This document shows positions 56,788 to 64,000 of a stretch of DNA of 64,000 nt, piece by piece. Under the pieces are notes generated by a model that was not told the DNA's origin, did no database searches, and saw nothing but the letters and a program-made list of their open reading frames with translations. Within the stretch, counting starts at the first letter, position 1. Each line of letters starts with the position of its first letter. The translations under genes and the position numbers were made by a program. The stretch is from Abditibacterium sp. (lineage in GTDB: Bacteria > Armatimonadota > Abditibacteriia > Abditibacteriales > Abditibacteriaceae): positions 2,144,001-2,208,000 of the forward strand of contig CBDASK010000003.1 in the NCBI GenBank assembly GCA_965199495.1, given 5' to 3'.

Positions 56788-58281
56788 ATGAACAACTCGT
56801 CCGTTATTCCGTTTCCCCAGCGCAACGCCAACAACAACCGGCCCGAATCGCGCGAGAAACTGACGCCCCAATCGCTCGAAGCCGAGCAATCCACTCTGGG
56901 CGCCATGCTCATGGAGCGCGACGCCGTCGCGCGCGCCGTCGAAATCCTCACCGTTGACGATTTCTACCGCGAACTGCACAAAAAAATCTTCAAATCGGTT
57001 CTCAAACTCTTCGACAAGGGCGAACCGATTGACATCGTCACCATCGCCGAAGATTTGCGCCGCAACGGAATGTTGGAAGAAGTCGGCGGCAGCGAATATC
57101 TGTCGGCCCTCATCGAAGCCTGTCCGAGTTCGGTCAACGTCGAGGCTTATGCCAAAGTCGTTTCGGAAAAGAGCGTTTTGCGCCAACTCTTGCGCGCCGC
57201 CGACCAAATTTCGGGCATGGTCTACGCCGAAGGCGACGAAGTGGATAGTTTGGTTGACCAATCGGAAAAGTTGATTTTCAACATTAATCAGACGAAATTA
57301 AAAACTGGTTTTTCTCCAATTAAACAGTTGTTAATGACGGCTTACGATCAAATCGAAAAGCAATTTCAACATAAAGGCGAAGCCACCGGTATTTCAACAG
57401 GTTTTAACGAGTTAGATGATATAACTTCGGGATTGCAGCCGACCGATTTTATAATTGTGGCTGCTCGGCCTTCGATGGGGAAAACGGCGTTATGTTTAAA
57501 TATCGCGCATCATATCGCTTTAAAAGAGAATCAACCTGTTGCTATTTTTTCTCTGGAGATGTCGAAAGAACAGTTGGTGCAACGATTAATTTGTAGCGAA
57601 GCCAGTATTAAATCGCAGGATTTGAGGCGTGGACGCGTGCAAGATGGCGACTGGCATCGCATCACCAACGCGGTCAACCGCTTGTATCAGGCGCCAATGT
57701 TCATTGACGATCAGCCGGGGCAAGGCACCTTTGAGATGCGCGCCAAGGCGCGTCGCCTCATGGCAGAACATGGTCAACTCGGACTTATCGTCGTAGATTA
57801 TTTGCAGCTCGCCCACTCGTCGGGCAAGTCGGAAAACCGCGTGCAAGAAATCTCGGAAATCGCGCGCGCCTTTAAATCAATGGCACGCGAGTTGAAGTGT
57901 CCGCTCATCGCTCTCTCGCAGCTTTCGCGTGCCGTCGAGCAACGCGAAGACAAGCGTCCGATGCTCTCGGATTTGAGAGAAAGCGGATCGATTGAGGCCG
58001 AAGCGGATTTGGTCGCGTTCATTTATCGAGCGAGTTATTACAAGCGCAAGGCGCTGCACAAAAGCTCGGACGAGGGCAAGGGCGGCAAAAAGTCGTATTC
58101 GTCGCAAAGTTCCGCGCCCGTCAGCGACGATGATCCAGAATTTGATCCCGACGAGGGCAAAGCCGAAATCATCATCGGTAAGCACCGCAACGGGCCAGTT
58201 GGAACAATTAAGCTGGGCTTTCAACCGGAATTCGCCAGATTTACCAATTTGGCGCAAGATGATTACGGCGGCGGATATTAG
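56788..58281 (+). CDS. dnaB: Replicative DNA helicase
   Basis: PQSLEAEQS.LG, TGF.ELD, AARPSMGKT, FSLEM, VDYLQL, LSQLSR.VEQR.DKRP.LSDLRESGSIE, KHRNGP.G. Confidence 0.98.
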   Translation: MNNSSVIPFPQRNANNNRPESREKLTPQSLEAEQSTLGAMLMERDAVARAVEILTVDDFYRELHKKIFKSVLKLFDKGEPIDIVTIAEDLRRNGMLEEVGGSEYLSALIEACPSSVNVEAYAKVVSEKSVLRQLLRAADQISGMVYAEGDEVDSLVDQSEKLIFNINQTKLKTGFSPIKQLLMTAYDQIEKQFQHKGEATGISTGFNELDDITSGLQPTDFIIVAARPSMGKTALCLNIAHHIALKENQPVAIFSLEMSKEQLVQRLICSEASIKSQDLRRGRVQDGDWHRITNAVNRLYQAPMFIDDQPGQGTFEMRAKARRLMAEHGQLGLIVVDYLQLAHSSGKSENRVQEISEIARAFKSMARELKCPLIALSQLSRAVEQREDKRPMLSDLRESGSIEAEADLVAFIYRASYYKRKALHKSSDEGKGGKKSYSSQSSAPVSDDDPEFDPDEGKAEIIIGKHRNGPVGTIKLGFQPEFARFTNLAQDDYGGGY

Positions 58282-58285
58282 TCGC

Positions 58286-58400
58286 GTCTCCCGTAGAGAC
58301 GCCGATTCATCTTCATCGCGTCTAAAACGTTGGAGTCACCGCGAAATTCGCAGATTCATTACCGTTTTAGACGCGATAAATCGGCGTCTCTGCGGGAGAC
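58286..58400. repeat. REP doublet, CGTAGAGAC family
   Basis: GTCTCCCGTAGAGACGCCGATTCATC(TTCATC)GCGTCTAAAACG ... CGTTTTAGACGCGATAAATCGGCGTCTCTGCGGGAGAC. Confidence 0.9.
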
Positions 58401-58404
58401 ATTT

Positions 58405-59937
58405 TCAATTCGCGCTCTCCAAAATGACTTCGTGCCCAAACGCCGCTTCCATTAAATCCACGCCACTACGCGCGGTCACCCACATTTCGACTTCGGCGTT
58501 ACGCGCGACGAGCGTGAGCGTCAACTGTTTTTTGTCCCAACTCGCCTGCACATCGCGCACGACGCCACTGCGCCCGCGCTCCAAATATTCCGAGATGCGC
58601 AGCAACGCGGCTAACACTTGCAAACGGTTTTCGTCGCCTTTTTCCAACAGCGATTCCCATTCGCCCGCCATCGGCGTGCCCTTGCGATGATAACGCGTCA
58701 AAAGTGCGATAATCGCGGTTTCGCGCGGTGAAAATCCGGGCAAACCGTTGCTGATAATCAGCATTTGCGAATGCTTGTGATGATCGTTGTAGCGAATCGC
58801 CGTGCCGATGTCATGTAATGTCGCGGCGGCCATCAGCCACTCGCGTTCGAGCGCGCCGTAGCCATGAAGCGGTTGCAATTGGTCGAACAATCGGCCCGAC
58901 AAAAATTTGACGTGCGCGGCGTGGCTGGCTTGATAGTCGAAGAATCGCGCCAGATTTAGCACGCTAAATCCGCGCAAGTCGGGCGCGACCGGAGTGGGCA
59001 TATCGCGCCAGAACTCCTCGAAGAATAAACCTTCGCGCAGGCCAGCGCCCGAAATCGTCAGTTCATCTTGGTCTAACCGCTCCAAAATTTCGCGGATGAC
59101 GAGGGCACCCGGCAGAATAATATCGGCGCGGTCGCTCGATAATCCCGAAATGACACGGCGCTTTTCTAAGGGCAACTCGCACAGTTCACCGATAGTTTCG
59201 TCCAATGAATCCGCCGATAAATGAAAGCCGCCGATGTTTTGCAGGGGAAACTTCTGGCGTGCCGCCCCGATTTTGGCGAGGTTGCGAATCGTGCCGCCCA
59301 ATCCAACGATTTGTTCCCTGTCGCCTGCCAACCAAGCCACGCCGTCGAGTTGGCGATTGATTTCGGTGTTTATCGCTTTCAATTCGGCTTTACTAATCGG
59401 ATCGCTTTTGACAAAACGTTCGGTCAAAGCCAGCGCGCCCAGCGTGAGGGCTTGGCCGCGCACGAAACGGCGCCCGCGCACCTGCGAAACCTGCGCGCTG
59501 CCGCCGCCGATGTCAACCACGACGCCGTTTTCCAACTGCACCGCGCCCAGCGCGCCCAAAACGCCGTAACGCGCTTCTTCGTCGCCGTCCAGAATTTGGA
59601 GCGAAAGCCCGATTTCGCTTTCGACTTGTTCCAAAAACTGCGCGCCGTTGGCTGCCTCGCGCACCGCGCTGGTCGCCGTGGCTATGATGTGGTCAACCTT
59701 CAAACTCTCGCAAAACTGCTTGAATAATCGCAGCGTAATTAAGCCGCGCTGAATCGCATCGGGCGCCAATCCGCCCTGCGTCATACCCTCGCGTAGGCGC
59801 ACGATTTCGCGGATTTCGTCTTCCAGATGATAGCTCCAACCCGCGATAGAATTCATCACGATCACGCGCGCGCTGTTGGAACCTAAGTCAATTATCGCCG
59901 TGCGACGCGGCGCATCGGCGGCAGAACGAATAAGCAT
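58405..59937 (-). CDS. ppx: Exopolyphosphatase Ppx/GppA with C-terminal HD domain
   Basis: IIDLGSNS, ATSAVREA.NG, G.EEA, DIGGGS, GLGGT.R, RADII.PG, GLREG, LHDIG....HHKHS. Confidence 0.94.
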   Translation of the reverse strand: MLIRSAADAPRRTAIIDLGSNSARVIVMNSIAGWSYHLEDEIREIVRLREGMTQGGLAPDAIQRGLITLRLFKQFCESLKVDHIIATATSAVREAANGAQFLEQVESEIGLSLQILDGDEEARYGVLGALGAVQLENGVVVDIGGGSAQVSQVRGRRFVRGQALTLGALALTERFVKSDPISKAELKAINTEINRQLDGVAWLAGDREQIVGLGGTIRNLAKIGAARQKFPLQNIGGFHLSADSLDETIGELCELPLEKRRVISGLSSDRADIILPGALVIREILERLDQDELTISGAGLREGLFFEEFWRDMPTPVAPDLRGFSVLNLARFFDYQASHAAHVKFLSGRLFDQLQPLHGYGALEREWLMAAATLHDIGTAIRYNDHHKHSQMLIISNGLPGFSPRETAIIALLTRYHRKGTPMAGEWESLLEKGDENRLQVLAALLRISEYLERGRSGVVRDVQASWDKKQLTLTLVARNAEVEMWVTARSGVDLMEAAFGHEVILESAN

Positions 59938-60048
59938 CGCGCTAAGTGTGGCGCACTTTTGGGTTTTGGCCCACTCTCAGACACAGAAATTTCGAGGCGT
60001 AATCGCGATTAAAAAGATAAACTGCTCGCAGTTTTTAGAGAAATTGCC

Positions 60049-61047
60049 ATGAAATCAGCCTCGGCTTTCAGCCTGTTTTTCACCGGAGTCACGTTGTGCC
60101 TTTCGTCCCTTGCCAGTGCGCAGAACGGCGGACAAAACGTGACGCCCGAAACGGCACCGCCGGTTTTGGTGCCAATTGCGCCCGCGAAACGGCGGCTAAC
60201 CGCGATCAAAATTCGCAATGTGCCTTCGGCTTACCTCGCTTGGCAACTCGATCCCGCGCATAACCCGCCGCCGGTCGGCGTGCAATTGGCGCAATTGAAG
60301 CGCGACGGAACGCCCGATGCGCAGCGGCTCGATTTAATGGCGCAGTGGATTCAAATTGACGACGAAACTCTGGCGCGCGCACTGCCCGCATGGAACGCGC
60401 TGGGCGCCTCGAATTGGACGCGCATCGCGACCTATAAAGAACGCGTTGCGCTCGAAACCTTGAACGCTCTGGACGTAATCGCGCCGGTCACGCAGCGAAT
60501 TTTCGCGCGGGACAAACAGCCCAGCTTTTTGTCTTATTTGCCGTTGCGTCCGATTGTCGAGTCTGTCGCTCCGATGCAGCCACCGGCACCGGCGCCCGCC
60601 ATCAAATCGCAGCCGAAAATGGATTCGCTGTTCGCCGATCCACCTTATATTCCCAATTACGCCGAGATGATGCCGATGTTGCCTTATATGGCGCCAATGC
60701 CGAATATGGGAAGTGCGCCCCCGCTTTCTTCGATGACGCCCGACGTGTTATCCGAATTAAATGTCAATCCGTATTTGCGCCTGAATCCGGGCGGCATTGA
60801 CGAAATGCAGGGCGCCAAATTTGGGTTGACGCCCGCCATCAACGCCGACAAAACAATCGCGCTGACTTTGCATCGTTTAAGCGCGTTTCCGGGAGCGGAT
60901 GCCACGATTCAAATGGGCGAGAATGAAACGGCGATATTCTCGTTGCCCGATGTGACCTCGCCCGCCCCAACCAAAATACGCCGCACGTTTCTGTTGGTCA
61001 CACCGCGCCTAATGCCGCCCGCCCCGACCGATTTGCCCACGCCATGA
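60049..61047 (+). CDS. Secreted hypothetical protein with secretin-like fragments
   Basis: Signal peptide; IKIRNVP...LA..L; G....LTPAINAD.TI.L.L, T.....NET, TFLLVTPRL. Confidence 0.55.
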   Translation: MKSASAFSLFFTGVTLCLSSLASAQNGGQNVTPETAPPVLVPIAPAKRRLTAIKIRNVPSAYLAWQLDPAHNPPPVGVQLAQLKRDGTPDAQRLDLMAQWIQIDDETLARALPAWNALGASNWTRIATYKERVALETLNALDVIAPVTQRIFARDKQPSFLSYLPLRPIVESVAPMQPPAPAPAIKSQPKMDSLFADPPYIPNYAEMMPMLPYMAPMPNMGSAPPLSSMTPDVLSELNVNPYLRLNPGGIDEMQGAKFGLTPAINADKTIALTLHRLSAFPGADATIQMGENETAIFSLPDVTSPAPTKIRRTFLLVTPRLMPPAPTDLPTP

Positions 61048-61142
61048 ACGAAACCGCGTCCGCCAGTTCTCCGAGCCAAATTCGAGGAAATCGCGGCGTG
61101 TGTGGCGGCGATAGTGTCAAACTCTGAGGCGATTTAGCTCCG

Positions 61143-62420
61143 ATGAAAATTCTCGTTTTAGGAAGCGGCGGGCGCGAACACGCTCTCGTCTGGAAAATTA
61201 AGCAGTCTCCGCTCGTAACGCGGCTCGTTTGCTCGCCCGGCAACGCGGGCATCGCGCAAATTTGCGAATGTTTGAGCGGCGAACCGGTGGATGTCGCGCA
61301 TAAAATTGACGCCGATTTGGTGATTATCGGCCCCGATGGAATGCTCGCCGATGGCGTCGCCGATAGACTTCGCGCCGCCGATATTCCTGTTGTTGGGCCG
61401 GGACAAAGCGGCGCGCGCTTAGAAAGCTCTAAGATTTTCACCAAGAAACTGCTGCAAAAATATAAGGTTCCGACCGCCAAATTCGCCGCTTTTGAAAGCG
61501 CTGACGAAGCGAAAAATTATCTGCAAAGCCAGCCCGACGGCCCGATTGTCGTGAAGGCCGACGGTTTGGCCGTTGGCAAAGGCGTCGTCGTGGCTGCTAA
61601 TCGCGCGCAGGCGTTGGCGGGCGTGGACGAAGTCACCCTCGTCGCCGGTTCGACGACGCTGGGCGACAAAGGCCGCATCGTCATCGAGGAAATGATGAGT
61701 GGCCCGGAAATCTCGTTTTTCGCGTTGACCGACGGCGAAACGCTGTTGCCTTTAATCGAGGCGCGCGATTACAAACGCGCTTACGATGGCGATAGGGGGC
61801 CAAACACGGGCGGCATGGGCTGCTTTTCGCCGGTTCCCGAATGGACGCCGGAGTTGAAGGAACAGGTTCTCGAAACGATTTTGAAACCGACGTTGGCCGG
61901 ACTTCAATCCGAAAAAATTGAATATCGCGGCGTTTTGTATTGTGGCTTGATGCTAACCGAAGATGGCCCGAAAGTCGTCGAGTATAACGCGCGTTTTGGC
62001 GACCCGGAATGCCAGTTGATTATGGCGCGTTTGAAAGACGACATCGTGCCGATTTTCATGGCGTGCGCGGGCATTGATGTCGGTATGCGCGACCGCAAAA
62101 TGAGCGATTTCAAACTGCACTGGCGCGATGAGGCGGCGGTTTTGGTGGTGATGGCGGCCTCAGGTTATCCCGGCGCGCCGCGCAAGGGCGATCCGATTTT
62201 GGGATTGAATCAAGGCATGACCGACGAGAAGATGATTTTTCACGCGGGCACCAAGTTAGTAGACGCTCAATTCGTGACGAATGGCGGGCGCGTGTTGGGC
62301 GTAACAGCCCTTGGCGCCGATGCAGCCACGGCGCGCGCGCGCGCGTATGAAGCTGTCGAAACGATTACGTTCGATAGCGCGCAATATCGCACGGACATCG
62401 CGGCGCAACCGGTGCAATAG
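61143..62420 (+). CDS. purD: Phosphoribosylamine-glycine ligase
   Basis: MKILVLGSGGREHAL, PGNAG, VVKADGLA.GKGV, DYKR..DGD.GPNTGGMG, EYNARFGDPE, TNGGRVL. Confidence 0.98.
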   Translation: MKILVLGSGGREHALVWKIKQSPLVTRLVCSPGNAGIAQICECLSGEPVDVAHKIDADLVIIGPDGMLADGVADRLRAADIPVVGPGQSGARLESSKIFTKKLLQKYKVPTAKFAAFESADEAKNYLQSQPDGPIVVKADGLAVGKGVVVAANRAQALAGVDEVTLVAGSTTLGDKGRIVIEEMMSGPEISFFALTDGETLLPLIEARDYKRAYDGDRGPNTGGMGCFSPVPEWTPELKEQVLETILKPTLAGLQSEKIEYRGVLYCGLMLTEDGPKVVEYNARFGDPECQLIMARLKDDIVPIFMACAGIDVGMRDRKMSDFKLHWRDEAAVLVVMAASGYPGAPRKGDPILGLNQGMTDEKMIFHAGTKLVDAQFVTNGGRVLGVTALGADAATARARAYEAVETITFDSAQYRTDIAAQPVQ

Positions 62421-62592
62421 GCTCGTTTGGAGCGTCTGCACGATTAGCCATTGGCCTAAACGGTGAAATTTTATAGCCTTACGGCGCGTTTTTCGCTACA
62501 ATTGTTTGCGGTGATTCATTTCGCTGGCTCCAAATTTTACAAACCGCCGTCTTAAACAGGGCGAAATGGTGGCGCCGGTTTTCCTTTTTCTC

Positions 62593-63315
62593 ATGCCTCT
62601 TGCCGAAGTTCATGTCACGCTCAAGCCCGCGCTTTTCGATGCGCAGGGCGAGACGATCAAAAAAGCTCTGCACCAGTTGGGGCATACCGACGTGCAAAGC
62701 GTGCGCATCGGCAAGCTCATCACCGTCGAACTTGCGGGCGACGAGGGCGCGGCGTTGCAGGGACAGCTCGATTTGATGTGTCGCCAACTTTTGGCCAATC
62801 CCGTCATCGAAGATTACGAAGTCACGATGGACGGCGCCGATCCCATCGCCCTCGCCGATGCGACGGCGATTCCGCTTTCGCCCGGCACGCCCAACACCGA
62901 TAACAGCGTCGCGACCGATTTGCCCGGCGAGGCGCATTTGCAGCCCGCGCACGTCGAGGGCGTTGTGACTTCGCGTCAACCTGTCAGCAACAGCGCGGCA
63001 GCCACGGCGGCGGCGGGCTTGGAAGCGGTTTCGACGCCCGGCGGAGTGACCGACCCGTTTCAGGTGGACTTTCGCTCTTACGAAGCGATGCCGACCGAGG
63101 CCAAACAGTCGTTGCGCATTCTGGCGCTGCGCAAATATGGCAACTGGATCGAAAGCCAACTGCGCGCGCGCAATGCCAGTTGGATTTTGTGTCTGGGCCA
63201 AAGCGTCCTCGAATACGGTAACGACATCGAAACCTCGCCCACCGATCAGCATCTGCTCCAAATGGGCATCGAACATGACCGCGTGCCGTGGGTTTTCAAT
63301 CGTCCGCACGCGTAA
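62593..63315 (+). CDS. purS: PurS fused to a low-complexity linker and an extra C-terminal domain
   Basis: First ~80 aa: V.VTLKP..FDAQG.TI..AL..LG...V.SVRIGK......MC.QLLANPVIEDY; about 160 additional residues follow in frame. Confidence 0.9.
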   Translation: MPLAEVHVTLKPALFDAQGETIKKALHQLGHTDVQSVRIGKLITVELAGDEGAALQGQLDLMCRQLLANPVIEDYEVTMDGADPIALADATAIPLSPGTPNTDNSVATDLPGEAHLQPAHVEGVVTSRQPVSNSAAATAAAGLEAVSTPGGVTDPFQVDFRSYEAMPTEAKQSLRILALRKYGNWIESQLRARNASWILCLGQSVLEYGNDIETSPTDQHLLQMGIEHDRVPWVFNRPHA

Positions 63316-63317
63316 CC

Positions 63318-63424
63318 AAAGTGGCAAGTGACAGGTGGCAAGTGACAGGGAAAAAGCGATTTAACTTGCCGTCGTAAGTTCCACCTTCCGAACTTGCCAC
63401 CTGTTACTTGTTACTTGTTACTTG
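63318..63424. repeat. Inverted heptamer tandem arrays
   Basis: GTGGCAA-GTGACAG-GTGGCAA-GTGACAG ... CTTGCCA-CCTGTTA-CTTGTTA-CTTGTTA-CTTG. Confidence 0.8.
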
Positions 63425-63428
63425 AATT

Positions 63429-64000
63429 ATGCACTTTGGTATTCTCGTTTTTCCCGGCACTAACTGCGAACACGACACGCTCCACGTTATCGAGCGCGCG
63501 TTGGGCCATTCGGGCGCGCTCGTCTGGCACACGGCCACCGATCTCTCGATGTTCGATGCGCTGGTTTTGCCCGGTGGCTTCGCGCACGGCGATTATCTGC
63601 GGACGGGCGCCGTCGCCCGCTTTTCGCCGGTAATGGACAGCGTCGCCGAATTCGCGGCGGCGGGCAAACCGGTTTTGGGCATTTGCAACGGATTCCAAAT
63701 TCTGTGCGAAGCCGGACTTTTGCCGGGCGCCCTACGCCGCAACAATACCTCGCATTTTATCTGCAAAGATGCGTATTTGAGCGTGACCGACATTCGCAAT
63801 CCGTTTTTGCAATTGGCCAACATCGGCGACGTGTTGCGAATGCCGATTCGTCACGGCGAAGGTTCGTATTTCGCTGACGGCGAAACGTTAGCGCAAATGA
63901 ACCGCAATCACCAAATCGTGCTGCGCTATGCCAACCGCGACGGCTCAATTGACGACGGCTCCAACCCCAACGGCAGCTCGAATAATATCGCAGGCATTTG
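63429..64000 (+). CDS. purQ: FGAM synthase glutaminase subunit (runs off the window; absent from the ORF track)
   Basis: Manual translation MHFGILVFPGTNCEHD...LPGGFAHGDYLRTGA...PVLGICNGFQILCEAGLLPG...MPIRHGEG..NPNGS. Confidence 0.96.
   Translation, partial: MHFGILVFPGTNCEHDTLHVIERALGHSGALVWHTATDLSMFDALVLPGGFAHGDYLRTGAVARFSPVMDSVAEFAAAGKPVLGICNGFQILCEAGLLPGALRRNNTSHFICKDAYLSVTDIRNPFLQLANIGDVLRMPIRHGEGSYFADGETLAQMNRNHQIVLRYANRDGSIDDGSNPNGSSNNIAGI

Larger units (their letters stand above)
598..63005. repeat. Dispersed over-represented motif (C)GTGGCTGC(W)/(W)GCAGCCAC(G), 34 exact 8-mer copies
   Basis: + strand GTGGCTGC at 5528,7050,11637,16127,20500,23404,25802,30026,32322,35060,36506,38798,47872,53839,55639,57457,61590; reverse form GCAGCCAC at 598,2611,6296,24857,28709,34483,35860,37355,39871,43052,43559,48985,50094,53932,60576,62322,62998 (manual count). 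Confidence 0.85.

Noticed and set aside
58045..58160. Insertion near the DnaB C-terminus as an intein
   Set aside because: Short low-complexity K/S/D linker with no Cys/Ser start or His-Asn end motifs
598..63005. GTGGCTGC as a Chi or KOPS site
   Set aside because: The two orientations are interleaved 17:17 with no polarity, unlike replichore-oriented motifs
1..64000. CRISPR array, tRNA/rRNA genes, integrase or transposase
   Set aside because: No regularly spaced direct repeats, cloverleaf or rRNA-like sequence, or transposase motifs seen; the repeats are isolated inverted pairs

Overview
GC-rich bacterial chromosome segment, probably origin-proximal (parA-parB with three perfect parS sites, plus dnaB). 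Gene content and sequence style suggest Abditibacteriota/Armatimonadota, which is inference only. Most genes are housekeeping or metabolic (moxR operon, cdsA, sensor kinase/receiver/glgC, nrdR, pyrK-pyrD, mntH, lipA, aminotransferase, citrate synthase, ndh, mutS, GH15, ppx, purD-purS-purQ). Scattered defence-type genes are an AIPR protein, a PUA-like/DUF559 nuclease, a Uma2 remnant and a MjaI-family R-M pair. Many intergenic spacers carry long inverted repeats from several unrelated REP/MITE-like families. I found no rRNA, tRNA, CRISPR array or transposase. Most interesting signals: (1) a three-gene operon divergent from dnaB that reads like a bacterial TFIIH core (71-aa p8-like protein, p52-like double-clutch protein with a WYL domain, XPB); (2) a non-palindromic motif (C)GTGGCTGC(W) found 34 times, 17 per strand, in several reading frames and between genes, resembling a DNA uptake sequence; (3) an AT-rich, synonymously recoded patch inside dnaB carrying DnaA-box-like repeats; (4) a compositional anomaly and local GC-skew flip centred on the parS sites; (5) a REP-within-MITE-within-REP nested insertion with a clear target-site duplication. 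All counts were made by eye and all family calls come from motif recognition; no searches were run.
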